A stretch of DNA of 35,039 nucleotides from a virus (Duplodnaviria; Caudoviricetes), in IMG/VR virus record IMGVR_UViG_3300035039_000258, positions 1 to 35,039 of that record. One strand, 5' to 3'. The notes under the pieces are model-generated. The model saw only the letters and a list, made by a program, of their open reading frames with translations, did no database searches and was not told where the DNA came from. The translations under genes were made by a program, and so were the position numbers. Positions 15,731 through 24,720 of this stretch are shown piece by piece; the stretch's first letter is position 1; each line of letters starts with the position of its first letter.

Positions 15731-16317
15731 TGGCCGAAGCGTACCCCTTTGAAGACCGCCTGCAGGCCAGGGGCTGTTACGTTGTGGACGGCATGACCTA
15801 TGAGCAGGTGGCCGGTGTATCTGGGATATCTGTTTCCCAGTTAAAAAAATGGGGATCGGATGAGGGCTGGGTGGCCCGGCGAAAGGCGTACCGGGAAGCC
15901 CAGGCGTCTATCCGGGAGGATACCGTACTGCTGCGGGCGGAATTGCTGAAGAACGCCCTGGCAACTAAGGACGCTCAGGATGTCTATGCCGTGGCGGCCA
16001 TGGAGAAGATTGCCATTGCACTGGATAAGGTGCATCCGGGCACGATGGGCGCGTTGCCCGTGGATATTCCGGATATGGAATTTTCCGGGCCGGAAGAGAT
16101 GGTGGACGCCTTGTGGGGTGTGATTGAGCAGCGTGCCGCCGGCATGATCCACGCGCCGGACACGATGGATTTTCGCCAAATCCAGGCCGGGCTTAAATCC
16201 TGGCTGGATCTTAAACGCCGGTACGCGGATACAGCCAAACCGGATAAAGGTTTTAAATTTGAGGAGCTTGATGAGGGTGCAAAACAGGCTATCAAGGATA
16301 TTTACGGTGTTTCCTAA
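15730..16317 (+). CDS. probable terminase small subunit (HTH)
   Basis: YVVDGMTYEQVAGVSGISVSQLKKWGSDEGW HTH; directly before TerL. Confidence 0.75.
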   Translation: MAEAYPFEDRLQARGCYVVDGMTYEQVAGVSGISVSQLKKWGSDEGWVARRKAYREAQASIREDTVLLRAELLKNALATKDAQDVYAVAAMEKIAIALDKVHPGTMGALPVDIPDMEFSGPEEMVDALWGVIEQRAAGMIHAPDTMDFRQIQAGLKSWLDLKRRYADTAKPDKGFKFEELDEGAKQAIKDIYGVS

Positions 16318-17935
16318 AGCCACCAGGCTGCTGCTGATCCTGCTGGTTGCAGCCGGGGTGCTGTTGTTCGCGGACACGGCTTTTGCCGGGATGTCCCCGG
16401 CCGACCGCCGGAAGCGGGCTGTGCCTGCTCCTGCCGAACCGGCCGGGGACCAGGTCGTTATTCCCAAAAAACGTGAGCCTCTGATTCCCCTGACCGAGTA
16501 CCAGAAAAAGTGGGTGGAAGATAAGTCCAGATTTAAAATCGGCGTGATCACCCGCCAGGGGGGCAAGTCCTTTTCAACATCCCTTGAGGCCGTACTGGAT
16601 TGTGTTGAAAATCCGGGAACCACATGGGTTTTGCTGTCTGCCGGGGAGCGGCAGTCCAAAGAACTTATCAATAAAGCCAAGATGCACATGAGGGCCATTA
16701 ATGTGGTCCTGGCTGCCATTGCCACGGAAGAGACGGATTTTTTATCCGCCGACGGAAAAACCGTTTACAAGCAGCTTGAGATTAATCTTCCCAACGGGTC
16801 AAGGCTTGTGGGGTTGCCGGCCAATCCGGACACTGCCAGGGGATGGAGTGCCAATATTCTTCTGGACGAATTTGCCCTGCACAGGGACAGCCGGGAGATC
16901 TGGTCCGCCATGTTCCCCACCGTCACCCGGGGGTACAAGATCCGGATGATTTCAACGTTTAAGGGCAAGAGCAATAAATTTTACGAAATGTTTTTCTCTT
17001 CACCGACCCTGCAGCGCTTTATCGGCCGGGACCATGAAATGGTCGGGGAACGGGGCGGATGGAGCAAGCATCTGTACAGCATTTATGATGCCGTTAAGAT
17101 GGGGCTCAAACTGAAGGATGAGGAGGGCAATCTCATTGAGCCAGAGGATCTGAAGCTGGCCCTGAATGACGATGACGCATGGGATGAAGAGTTCGGCTGT
17201 ATTCCGTCTGATGAGGTGTCTGCCTTCTTGACCCATGAACTGATTTCATCCGTGGAGGATGTCCGGCTGCATACCACGCCTGACTGGGCTGATTCGCTGA
17301 TTAAAAAAGCCCGGGTGCTATACAAGCAGTTTAAAGAGACCAAGGTGAGACCGCCCCTGCCGGTGGAGATATTTGAAGGCGTGCAGTTTCTGGGTGACGT
17401 TTATGTGGGCATGGATATCGGCCGGAAACGGGATTTGTCGGTGATCTGGGTGGATCAGAAAATCAAAGATGTTTTGAGCAGCATGGCTGTCATTGAGCTC
17501 AAAGCCGAACCGTTTTTTGTCCAGGAGTATGTGCTGCAGACCCTCCTGGAGGTTTCGGGGTTTCGCCGGGCCGGGATTGACGAGTCCGGCATCGGTGCCC
17601 AGCTGGCGGAGAATGCACGGGATCTGTTCGGTGAGCGGGTGGAGTGTATCTCGTTTACCCCGGGCAACAAAGAGGCGTTGGCCACAGGGCTTAAGGCTAA
17701 TTTTGAGGACCGTGGCAGCCTGATCCCGCCGTCCAACACCATTCGCAATTCGCTGCATAGCGTAAAGAAATACGCCACCACCACCAAGCACTTTCGGTTT
17801 GATGCGGAACGAACGGACAAAACCGGGCATGCGGATCATTTCTGGGCCAAGGCCCTGGCGGTTCAGGCGGCATCTTCCGGGCCTGCGTCCACAGTCGTGG
17901 ATATTTTGCCGGTATTCGGGGAGGCCGTGGCATGA
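16307..17935 (+). CDS. terL: terminase large subunit (Mu gp28-like) with hydrophobic N-terminal extension
   Basis: YQKKW, ITRQGGKS Walker A, LPANPDTARG, ILLDEFA Walker B, VGMDIGRKRDLS and HADHFWA nuclease motifs; SD AAGGA 8 nt before GTG 16307. Confidence 0.93.
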   Translation: MFPKATRLLLILLVAAGVLLFADTAFAGMSPADRRKRAVPAPAEPAGDQVVIPKKREPLIPLTEYQKKWVEDKSRFKIGVITRQGGKSFSTSLEAVLDCVENPGTTWVLLSAGERQSKELINKAKMHMRAINVVLAAIATEETDFLSADGKTVYKQLEINLPNGSRLVGLPANPDTARGWSANILLDEFALHRDSREIWSAMFPTVTRGYKIRMISTFKGKSNKFYEMFFSSPTLQRFIGRDHEMVGERGGWSKHLYSIYDAVKMGLKLKDEEGNLIEPEDLKLALNDDDAWDEEFGCIPSDEVSAFLTHELISSVEDVRLHTTPDWADSLIKKARVLYKQFKETKVRPPLPVEIFEGVQFLGDVYVGMDIGRKRDLSVIWVDQKIKDVLSSMAVIELKAEPFFVQEYVLQTLLEVSGFRRAGIDESGIGAQLAENARDLFGERVECISFTPGNKEALATGLKANFEDRGSLIPPSNTIRNSLHSVKKYATTTKHFRFDAERTDKTGHADHFWAKALAVQAASSGPASTVVDILPVFGEAVA

Positions 17936-20157
17936 GTATCTGGAACATGTTTAAACGCAAGCCAGACACTGTTGATGTGGCCCCCGGGCGTCAGTCTGTT
18001 CCGGAAGAGGATCTGTTCGGCGGGATCGGGCGCGTGGCAAGCTTTTACAATATCAAAACGCCTAAGTTTCCCCTGGAGTATCTCAAGATTCTGGAAATTT
18101 TGTCCATCTGGAATCCGGATCTTTCCCAGGCTTTGAACATCATCGTAAACCTGGGCAATACCGGTCATGAGATCAAAGTTGAGGGCAGCAAGGCTGAAGC
18201 TGTGGTGGACCGGGTAAATGATCTGGCTGCATCGGTATACAGAACCGGGGGCGGCATGGACGGTTTGGTCAATCATCTTCTGCGTCAAATCCCCATGATG
18301 GGGGCTTTGTCCGGGGAGTGGGTGGTATCCGACAGGATCGGTGACGGCATCAGTGATGTGGTTGTGGTGCCTGTACGGACCATCCGGTTCAAGTATGAGG
18401 ACGGGGTCTACCTGCCGCACCAGTACACGGGCGGCGGGATCGGAAGCGCATATGTGGCGCTGAACCCTGTGACCTATTCCTACGCCCCGGTCCAGACCAT
18501 GGATGACAGTCCCTACGGCATCCCGGGATTTTATGCGGCCCTCAAAAACATTGAGGTGCAGCTGGATGCCGTGGGCGGGCTGTCTCATATCATCAGAAAA
18601 ATGGGTATTTTAGGATTTTTGGATGTTGCTTTAAAGATACCTGAGCAAAGGGCCGGTGAGGGAGATAATGCGTTTCAACAACGGTGTGACGCCCGGATGA
18701 ACAGGTATGCCAAAGCCTATATCAACAATTTTTCAAAGGGCGTGGCAGTCCATTACGATGATCAGGAGGTCAAAATCAACAGCATGGGCTCCACAGCTGC
18801 GGCCGGGGCCAAGACTGTTTTCAACCTTAACGAAGAGCAGATCTTTTCGGCACTGGATATTCCGCCCTCCATGGCCGGGCGCTCTTATTCAACTACGGAG
18901 ACTTATGCCGAACAGGACTATGAACGTTTTATCACAAGGCTTTCGAACTATCGCCGGATTATTAAGCGATTTATGGAAAAAGGCTACAACCTGGATTTGC
19001 TTCTTTCAGGAATCAATGCGGCGGTATCGGTCGAGTTTAATGAAAATTCCGGGTGGAAAGAAGGCGAAAAGGCCGATGCCGAAAGCAAGAAGATCCAGAA
19101 CGTTATTTCCAAGCGGGACGCCGGGTTTATCAACGATGATGAAGGTGCCCGGGAGCTGGGATATGAAAAGGCTACAGGCAAGCGTCAGGCTGAACCGTCT
19201 CTATCATTTGCGTTTAATGCCAAGAAAAACCGGTATGAATATGTCCGCCAGGTGTTGCCGGCCACCTCCTGCCTGGCCAAAGACGCCGGCAACCGTGTGC
19301 AGAATTATGCCGAGGCAATGATCAGCGTTCTGGAGCCGGTCCAGAATAAAGCCATAAATGCCGCTTTAAGAGCAGCAGAAAAGCCGTACAACAGCGAAAC
19401 GGAATTTTCCGGGGCAGTTATGGCCGCATTGCAGCAAACGCTCTTAAAAGGGCTAAAAACGGCCCGGGTGAATCAGGTATCTGACAAGTATGTCAAAGAT
19501 GCCTGGCAGCACTACCGCCACGAGGATACCGGGGATATGCCGAAGAAGCAGGCGGTGCGGCGGAAAATGGCCATCGATATCAACCTGACGGACGCCAATG
19601 CCATTCGGTATCTGACCTTCATAGACCGGCATTATTTCGGGTCCGGGAACTATCTGGCCAATAATCCGGATGTGGGCGGCAAATTCATCACCTGGCTGGA
19701 GACCGAATATATCGACAAGGGGTTGAATATCCGGGATGAAGCCACCATGGCAGAGTTTCGGGAGAACTTCAGCGATATGGTCAAGGAGACCACCTGGCAG
19801 AAAATCAACCAGCTGGTGAACACCACCATGGCCCGGGTGCAGAACTTCGGGCAGACCATGAAGCTGTATGAAGCCGGGTTCAAGCGGTTCCGGATTGTGG
19901 GGCCTAAAACCTATCCCATCTGTGAATACTGCAAACTTATGGTGGGCCGGGTGTTTGAAGTGGAAGCTGCGGCGGTGCGGCTGTCCGGCATTGTTCAAAA
20001 AGGGTTTGAAGACCCCAAAGATCTGCCGCCGTTTGTCACGAATAAATATAAACTTGAAGACCTTGAAAAAGCGACGGATGAGCAGCTGCAGGCCGAAGGG
20101 TTTGAAAGCCCGCCTTATCACCCGGAATGCCGGCACCGTAAGGCGGCTGAGGATTAA
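17932..20157 (+). CDS. portal protein fused to MuF/gp30-like minor head domain
   Basis: Follows TerL; N-part has DSPYGIP and ...GFINDDEGARELGY portal-like motifs; C-terminus CEYC...PPYHPECRH is the MuF signature. Confidence 0.8.
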   Translation: MSIWNMFKRKPDTVDVAPGRQSVPEEDLFGGIGRVASFYNIKTPKFPLEYLKILEILSIWNPDLSQALNIIVNLGNTGHEIKVEGSKAEAVVDRVNDLAASVYRTGGGMDGLVNHLLRQIPMMGALSGEWVVSDRIGDGISDVVVVPVRTIRFKYEDGVYLPHQYTGGGIGSAYVALNPVTYSYAPVQTMDDSPYGIPGFYAALKNIEVQLDAVGGLSHIIRKMGILGFLDVALKIPEQRAGEGDNAFQQRCDARMNRYAKAYINNFSKGVAVHYDDQEVKINSMGSTAAAGAKTVFNLNEEQIFSALDIPPSMAGRSYSTTETYAEQDYERFITRLSNYRRIIKRFMEKGYNLDLLLSGINAAVSVEFNENSGWKEGEKADAESKKIQNVISKRDAGFINDDEGARELGYEKATGKRQAEPSLSFAFNAKKNRYEYVRQVLPATSCLAKDAGNRVQNYAEAMISVLEPVQNKAINAALRAAEKPYNSETEFSGAVMAALQQTLLKGLKTARVNQVSDKYVKDAWQHYRHEDTGDMPKKQAVRRKMAIDINLTDANAIRYLTFIDRHYFGSGNYLANNPDVGGKFITWLETEYIDKGLNIRDEATMAEFRENFSDMVKETTWQKINQLVNTTMARVQNFGQTMKLYEAGFKRFRIVGPKTYPICEYCKLMVGRVFEVEAAAVRLSGIVQKGFEDPKDLPPFVTNKYKLEDLEKATDEQLQAEGFESPPYHPECRHRKAAED

Positions 20158-20167
20158 GGAGACGTAC

Positions 20168-21226
20168 ATGCCTAAAAAGAAGAGTTATAAAATCATCAAA
20201 GAGGGTTTGGCCATGGCCCGGTTTGACTTGGTGGCCGAAGATATGCCCCTGGTGGACGGCGGGAAACCGTTCTCATTTGATGTGGAAGAACCGGAACAGG
20301 AGAATGATGAACTGTATGCCAAACTGTTTCGGTGTTTGTCCGCCACCACCACCCAGTCCCGGTTTTTTGATTTTTCTGCCGAGGGTGTCCTGAAGGCGGC
20401 GGTGCACATGTTTGAAGGCAAAACCATATTTGCCAACCATAACATGGACGTGACCCGATGGAAGGGCGTTACCAAAGGCGCTGTGTGGGATGACAAAAAC
20501 GAGCCCAACGGGGTTAACGCACTGTTTGTCCTGGACCGGGCCGCTGATCCCCTGCTCGTTCGCGGGGTGGAGACCGGGGCTTTAAAATCGGCCAGTGCCA
20601 CGCTTTGGTTTTCCTATAAACGATCCCATCCGGAACTAAAATATTTTTACGACCATCTTGGCGAAGAGGTGGACGGTGAGACCGTCCGGTTCGTTGTTAC
20701 CGGCATTTCAAACGTGGGCGAGATGTCCATCGTGTGGGAGGGGGAGGACCGATACGCCAAATCTTTTAACGCCGGATCAGATCCGGAAGATAATTTTAAC
20801 GGGGAGGAACCCATGGAGTTCAGTGCTGAATTTTTAAAACAGCTTTCCTTGTCCGGAGAGCCGGAAGCCGAGGCTGTTGAAGCGGCGGTGGCAAAGAAAA
20901 TTGCCGGACTGGAAAGCGATATTTCCACGCTTAAACCGGAAGCAGAGGCCGGTAAAAAGCACCTGGCCGGCACCCGGGAAAAGGCCGTTGCGCTGTATAA
21001 GGCGGCCAAGGGGGAAGAGGCAAAGGAGAGTTTTATCACAAACGTGATTGAAAAGGCGGACCTTGAGACGGCCCGGTCTTTTGTGGATGAGTACCAGGGG
21101 GCGGTGGAAGATGCCGTGCCTCTTACCTGTCCCAAATGCGGGGAGAAGCTTACCCGGAGATCCTCGGCGTCTGCCGGGGATGAGGGCGGCAAGAGCGTGG
21201 ATGTCCGGAACTATAAAATCAAGTAG
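20168..21226 (+). CDS. prohead protease/scaffold polyprotein
   Basis: SD AAGGAG; FANHN, LKSAS, GEMSIVWEGED; Ala/Glu/Lys-rich helical C-half; position before capsid genes. Confidence 0.75.
   Translation: MPKKKSYKIIKEGLAMARFDLVAEDMPLVDGGKPFSFDVEEPEQENDELYAKLFRCLSATTTQSRFFDFSAEGVLKAAVHMFEGKTIFANHNMDVTRWKGVTKGAVWDDKNEPNGVNALFVLDRAADPLLVRGVETGALKSASATLWFSYKRSHPELKYFYDHLGEEVDGETVRFVVTGISNVGEMSIVWEGEDRYAKSFNAGSDPEDNFNGEEPMEFSAEFLKQLSLSGEPEAEAVEAAVAKKIAGLESDISTLKPEAEAGKKHLAGTREKAVALYKAAKGEEAKESFITNVIEKADLETARSFVDEYQGAVEDAVPLTCPKCGEKLTRRSSASAGDEGGKSVDVRNYKIK
20813..21226 (+). CDS. nested scaffold protein (internal in-frame start)
   Basis: GGGGAGGA-accc-ATG at 20813, in frame, at the start of the helical region. 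Confidence 0.55.
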   Translation: MEFSAEFLKQLSLSGEPEAEAVEAAVAKKIAGLESDISTLKPEAEAGKKHLAGTREKAVALYKAAKGEEAKESFITNVIEKADLETARSFVDEYQGAVEDAVPLTCPKCGEKLTRRSSASAGDEGGKSVDVRNYKIK

Positions 21227-21257
21227 CACCCGGCCGGTCCGGGGAAAGAGGTAAGAG

Positions 21258-21629
21258 ATGTTTGAAGTGGGTTACAGTGGGATCGGCTGTTCCGGTCTTG
21301 TGACGTTCCTGGCGGCCGAGGGGCTGACAAAAGACAACGAAGGGGAAGTGGGCAAGCTGTCCGCTGCCCAGACCATCGGGTCATGCTCCGCCGAAGATGT
21401 GTTCTATGGCGTCATCGGTGTGGTGGAAGAGGAAAACGGCGTTCTCGGGCTTGCCCGGGACGGGTTTCATGAAGTGGCATACACCGGCACCATCACGGCG
21501 GGCCGGGTTGAGCTGGTGGCCGATGGAGACGGCGGGGTCAAGGCCCCGGCCACAGCCGGTACCGGCAGATACTTCCAGGTGGTGGAGGTGAACAGCACGG
21601 ACGGGCTTTTAACCCTGGACCTTGGGTAG
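21258..21629 (+). CDS. capsid decoration/cement protein
   Basis: Small Gly-rich beta protein (LVADGDGGVK) between scaffold and MCP; SD GAGG. Confidence 0.7.
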   Translation: MFEVGYSGIGCSGLVTFLAAEGLTKDNEGEVGKLSAAQTIGSCSAEDVFYGVIGVVEEENGVLGLARDGFHEVAYTGTITAGRVELVADGDGGVKAPATAGTGRYFQVVEVNSTDGLLTLDLG

Positions 21630-21655
21630 GCCCGGACTGATTTAAGGAGATAAAA

Positions 21656-22660
21656 ATGGCTGTAAAAATTGAAAAGGAAATGTACGCCGAAGCCGGTGCC
21701 AAGGGGATCACCCTTTCCGAGCACCTGGAGACGGAGCGGCCCAGTGAGGTGGAAGGGCTGGATGCGTTTGAGTTTGCCCTGTCCGAACGGGATATTAATC
21801 TGCGCAGTGATACAGTGGAAAAATTTTACCGCACTGTGGAAGATTCCGTGCTGTTCCCGGAATTCATTAACCGGAACGTGCGGATCGGCATGGTTGGCCT
21901 GGGTAAAAAAGACGTAAGTCTTGAGGATATTGTGGCCACCACCACAGTGATTGATTCGGGGGTATACCAGACCGTGAAGGCGGAATTTGCCAATAAAGAC
22001 CTGGACTTCAAGAAGGTGAGCGAGGGGGCATCTTTCCCCACGGTCAAGATGACCATCGGTAAGCAGTCCATCACTCTGGGTAAGATCGGCCTACAGCTTG
22101 AGGCCACTTATGAGGTGCTGCGCCGGATGAAGCTGCCGCTATTGTCCATCCATATGCAGCTGATCGGCAAGCGCCTGGCCAAGAAGATGGTGGCCTATGC
22201 TGTTTATGTGGCCCTGAACGGAGACGGGAACAGCAATGCCGCGACAAAGACCTCCGGCACCCTGACCTACGGCAATTTGCTCACATTTGACCTGGCCATG
22301 GATGACTGGGAGGCCACGTGCTGGTTCTCCAAAAAGGCCATGATTGCCTCGCTTTGCCAGGTGACTGAATTCAAGGATACCAGGTTGTTCGACACGGCCA
22401 AGACCGGGGCCTGGGTGACGCCCTTCGGCAATGTCATGAAAAAGTTCAACTGGACCGACACCACCCTGGGGGATGACCAGATTTTTGCCATAGATCGGAC
22501 GGCGGCCCTGGAGCTGGTCAAAGAGGCCGGGGCCGAGCTGATCGAGACGGACAAGGTGATTGACAAGCAGTTTGAAAAGACTGTTGTCAGCCAGGTTCAG
22601 GGGTTTTCTAAGATTTTCACCGATGCCTGCCGGGTATTTGAAGTGAGCGGCGGAGAATAA
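21656..22660 (+). CDS. major capsid protein (HK97 fold)
   Basis: 334 aa; LFPEFI, VSEGASFP, ATYEVLRR, ALNGDGN motifs; SD TAAGGAG; synteny. Confidence 0.88.
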   Translation: MAVKIEKEMYAEAGAKGITLSEHLETERPSEVEGLDAFEFALSERDINLRSDTVEKFYRTVEDSVLFPEFINRNVRIGMVGLGKKDVSLEDIVATTTVIDSGVYQTVKAEFANKDLDFKKVSEGASFPTVKMTIGKQSITLGKIGLQLEATYEVLRRMKLPLLSIHMQLIGKRLAKKMVAYAVYVALNGDGNSNAATKTSGTLTYGNLLTFDLAMDDWEATCWFSKKAMIASLCQVTEFKDTRLFDTAKTGAWVTPFGNVMKKFNWTDTTLGDDQIFAIDRTAALELVKEAGAELIETDKVIDKQFEKTVVSQVQGFSKIFTDACRVFEVSGGE

Positions 22661-23034
22661 TGGCGACTATCCTTGATATGCTGGAGAATCGCCTGCCGGA
22701 TGAGGCGGTGCTGTTTACCGGGTCCCTGGACACCTTTATTGAGGAGTCCGGGGCGCTGGCCGGGCTGGACGGTGTGGCAGAGGGAGATATGACCGTGCTG
22801 CAGAAGTCCCTGGTGGCGGACATGGCGGCAAAGGCCCTGATCCTGCCTGCCATGAGCCATTACAAAAAGGCACTGGCCAAGGCAGAAGGAGACGGGGCCG
22901 GATCGGCTGAATGGACCGACAAGCTTGCCTTTCTGGTGAAGATGGAATCCAAGCTTGAAACGGATATCGCGGACAAGAAATCCCAGATCGGTGCCGGCAC
23001 TGATACGGGTGTGCCCCTGACGGTGGTGTTATGA
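22660..23034 (+). CDS. head-tail connector (adaptor) candidate
   Basis: Helical 124-aa protein right after the MCP. Confidence 0.6.
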   Translation: MATILDMLENRLPDEAVLFTGSLDTFIEESGALAGLDGVAEGDMTVLQKSLVADMAAKALILPAMSHYKKALAKAEGDGAGSAEWTDKLAFLVKMESKLETDIADKKSQIGAGTDTGVPLTVVL

Positions 23035-23405
23035 CCGATTTGCTTGACGACCAGTCCGTAAGTGATTTTCTGGGTGCCATCCGGGATGTCACGGATACTT
23101 TTCAGAAGTATCCTGTGACATTCGGCAGCGGAGGTGATGCCGTTTCAGTCCTGTGCGGCCGCAAAAACATCAAAAATGAGCTTTTGGCGGCCGAGGAGGG
23201 AAATCGGATAGAGGACGCCTTTAAACTGGCCTTAAATCGTCAATATCTGGCCGAAAAGGGCCTGGTCGATGAGGACGATGTCCTGCTGATCGGATATGAC
23301 ACCCCGGTGTGGATGGATGATATGCAGTTTGTCATTACCAAGCTGGGGGAGCCTGCCGTGTTCCGGGATACAAAAGTCATGGTTGAGATGGAGGTGGTCC
23401 GGTAA
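23031..23405 (+). CDS. head closure protein candidate
   Basis: Synteny; ATGA overlap. Confidence 0.6.
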   Translation: MTDLLDDQSVSDFLGAIRDVTDTFQKYPVTFGSGGDAVSVLCGRKNIKNELLAAEEGNRIEDAFKLALNRQYLAEKGLVDEDDVLLIGYDTPVWMDDMQFVITKLGEPAVFRDTKVMVEMEVVR

Positions 23406-23878
23406 TGGGCGTGGGGTTCACAGGAGACTGGCAGCGGTGCATGAAAGCCCTGGACAATCTTGCCAATAAGACCAAGAGCGAAGTGGGTAAAAAGATCGGG
23501 CAGAGTATTAAGAAGATCGAAGCCAAAGTGCTGACCCATGTTGATAACCAGGACTTGGATTGGGATGAGCTGGAACCGGGCTATGCGGCTCAAAAAGCTA
23601 AAAAGGGATTGTCCCCTGATATCTTACGGGCCACCAACCAGATGTACAGCAATATCACCACCCGGCAGGATGATGATTTTTCAGGGGCCGTGGGTGTCCG
23701 GCGCGGCGTGAAAAATGATGACGGCGAGGATGTGACGGATATCGCAGTCATCCATGAACAGCCGGACAATGACGGCAAGAAGATCCCGGCCAGAAAGCTT
23801 TGGGAGCCCACGTTTGAAGAGATGAAAGAGGAGATTCCGCCTGAGATCATGGGCGGGGTTACGGGGTTGATCAAATGA
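23405..23878 (+). CDS. virion morphogenesis / neck protein (Mu gpG / HK97 gp10-like)
   Basis: W..L...Y...K, ILRATNQM, IAVIHE, KIPARKLWEP motifs. Confidence 0.75.
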   Translation: MGVGFTGDWQRCMKALDNLANKTKSEVGKKIGQSIKKIEAKVLTHVDNQDLDWDELEPGYAAQKAKKGLSPDILRATNQMYSNITTRQDDDFSGAVGVRRGVKNDDGEDVTDIAVIHEQPDNDGKKIPARKLWEPTFEEMKEEIPPEIMGGVTGLIK

Positions 23879-24438
23879 TTGAGGCGTGCAGGCAGTTTTT
23901 GTCCGGCCAATTGGCGGATATTTCGACAGAAGCCATGGCATACCCCTTTGATGACGGGAACGTTTTTTTTGAACCCATGCCCCGGGATTTTTTAAAAACC
24001 CACGATTTTGCCGCCTGCTGCCTGGTGCACCAGGACAAAAAGACCCCGGACGGGAGGCTGGTGGCAAATGTCAGAAATGCCGAGTGTACGCAATACACAC
24101 GAACCTACAGGGTGTTCAAGCGCAAGGTGCTGTTCCGGGTGGTCCTGTTTGCATCGGAGTTCAGGAACGCCTGGGGGGAGATGGATTTTAAGGGGTTTAT
24201 CGACCAGTTTGATGACGGGGTTGCCGGGGTCAGGACCATTACGGATTCTCTGGGCGTTGCCGTGCATATCGATCTGCATGATTCGATCCGGCCATGGAAC
24301 CAGGAGGAGGCCGACCGCACCATCAAACGCCGAGGTTTAAAGGCCATTGCCCGGGTGGAGTTTACGGGCGGGGTATACAGACAAACGACTGTCCCCATTA
24401 TCAGCGATGTAGAAATTGAGCCTTCAATGGAGGCTTAA
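23875..24438 (+). CDS. tail terminator candidate
   Basis: Synteny between neck and sheath; ATGA overlap. Confidence 0.6.
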   Translation: MIEACRQFLSGQLADISTEAMAYPFDDGNVFFEPMPRDFLKTHDFAACCLVHQDKKTPDGRLVANVRNAECTQYTRTYRVFKRKVLFRVVLFASEFRNAWGEMDFKGFIDQFDDGVAGVRTITDSLGVAVHIDLHDSIRPWNQEEADRTIKRRGLKAIARVEFTGGVYRQTTVPIISDVEIEPSMEA

Positions 24439-24450
24439 GGAGGAGACAAA

Positions 24451-24717
24451 ATGGCAAAGGAAGCCTTAAAAACAGAAGAGAAGCCGGCGGAGAAAAAGCA
24501 ATCGGAACAGAAATCGTCCGGTTGGCAGGTGCATAAACCATCTGCGACGCTTTTTGACGTGGAAACGCTGGCCGGAAAACACAACCTTCCGGGCTGGGAA
24601 ACCGCCGCGTTGATGCGCTCGGCCCGCTGGGCACCGGGTAAACAGGTATCCGAGGATGATTTTACGATCGCTTTGGATAAATTCAGAAGCCGTCCCCAGG
24701 GCGGCGGGAGGATATAG
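24451..24717 (+). CDS. small hypothetical protein preceding sheath
   Basis: SD AAGGAGGAG. Confidence 0.75.
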   Translation: MAKEALKTEEKPAEKKQSEQKSSGWQVHKPSATLFDVETLAGKHNLPGWETAALMRSARWAPGKQVSEDDFTIALDKFRSRPQGGGRI

Positions 24718-24720
24718 TTC

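Noticed and set aside
16259-16306. TTG start for TerL given by the ORF track
   Set aside because: No SD and deep overlap with terS; GTG 16307 has a proper SD.
15841-16725. 294-aa minus-strand ORF over terminase genes (and similar shadows across the late operon)
   Set aside because: Antisense shadows typical of GC3-rich genes; sense genes carry clear motifs.
19868-20167. Long N-terminal extension of the protease ORF
   Set aside because: Overlaps the MuF domain; ATG 20168 has SD AAGGAG right after the portal stop.
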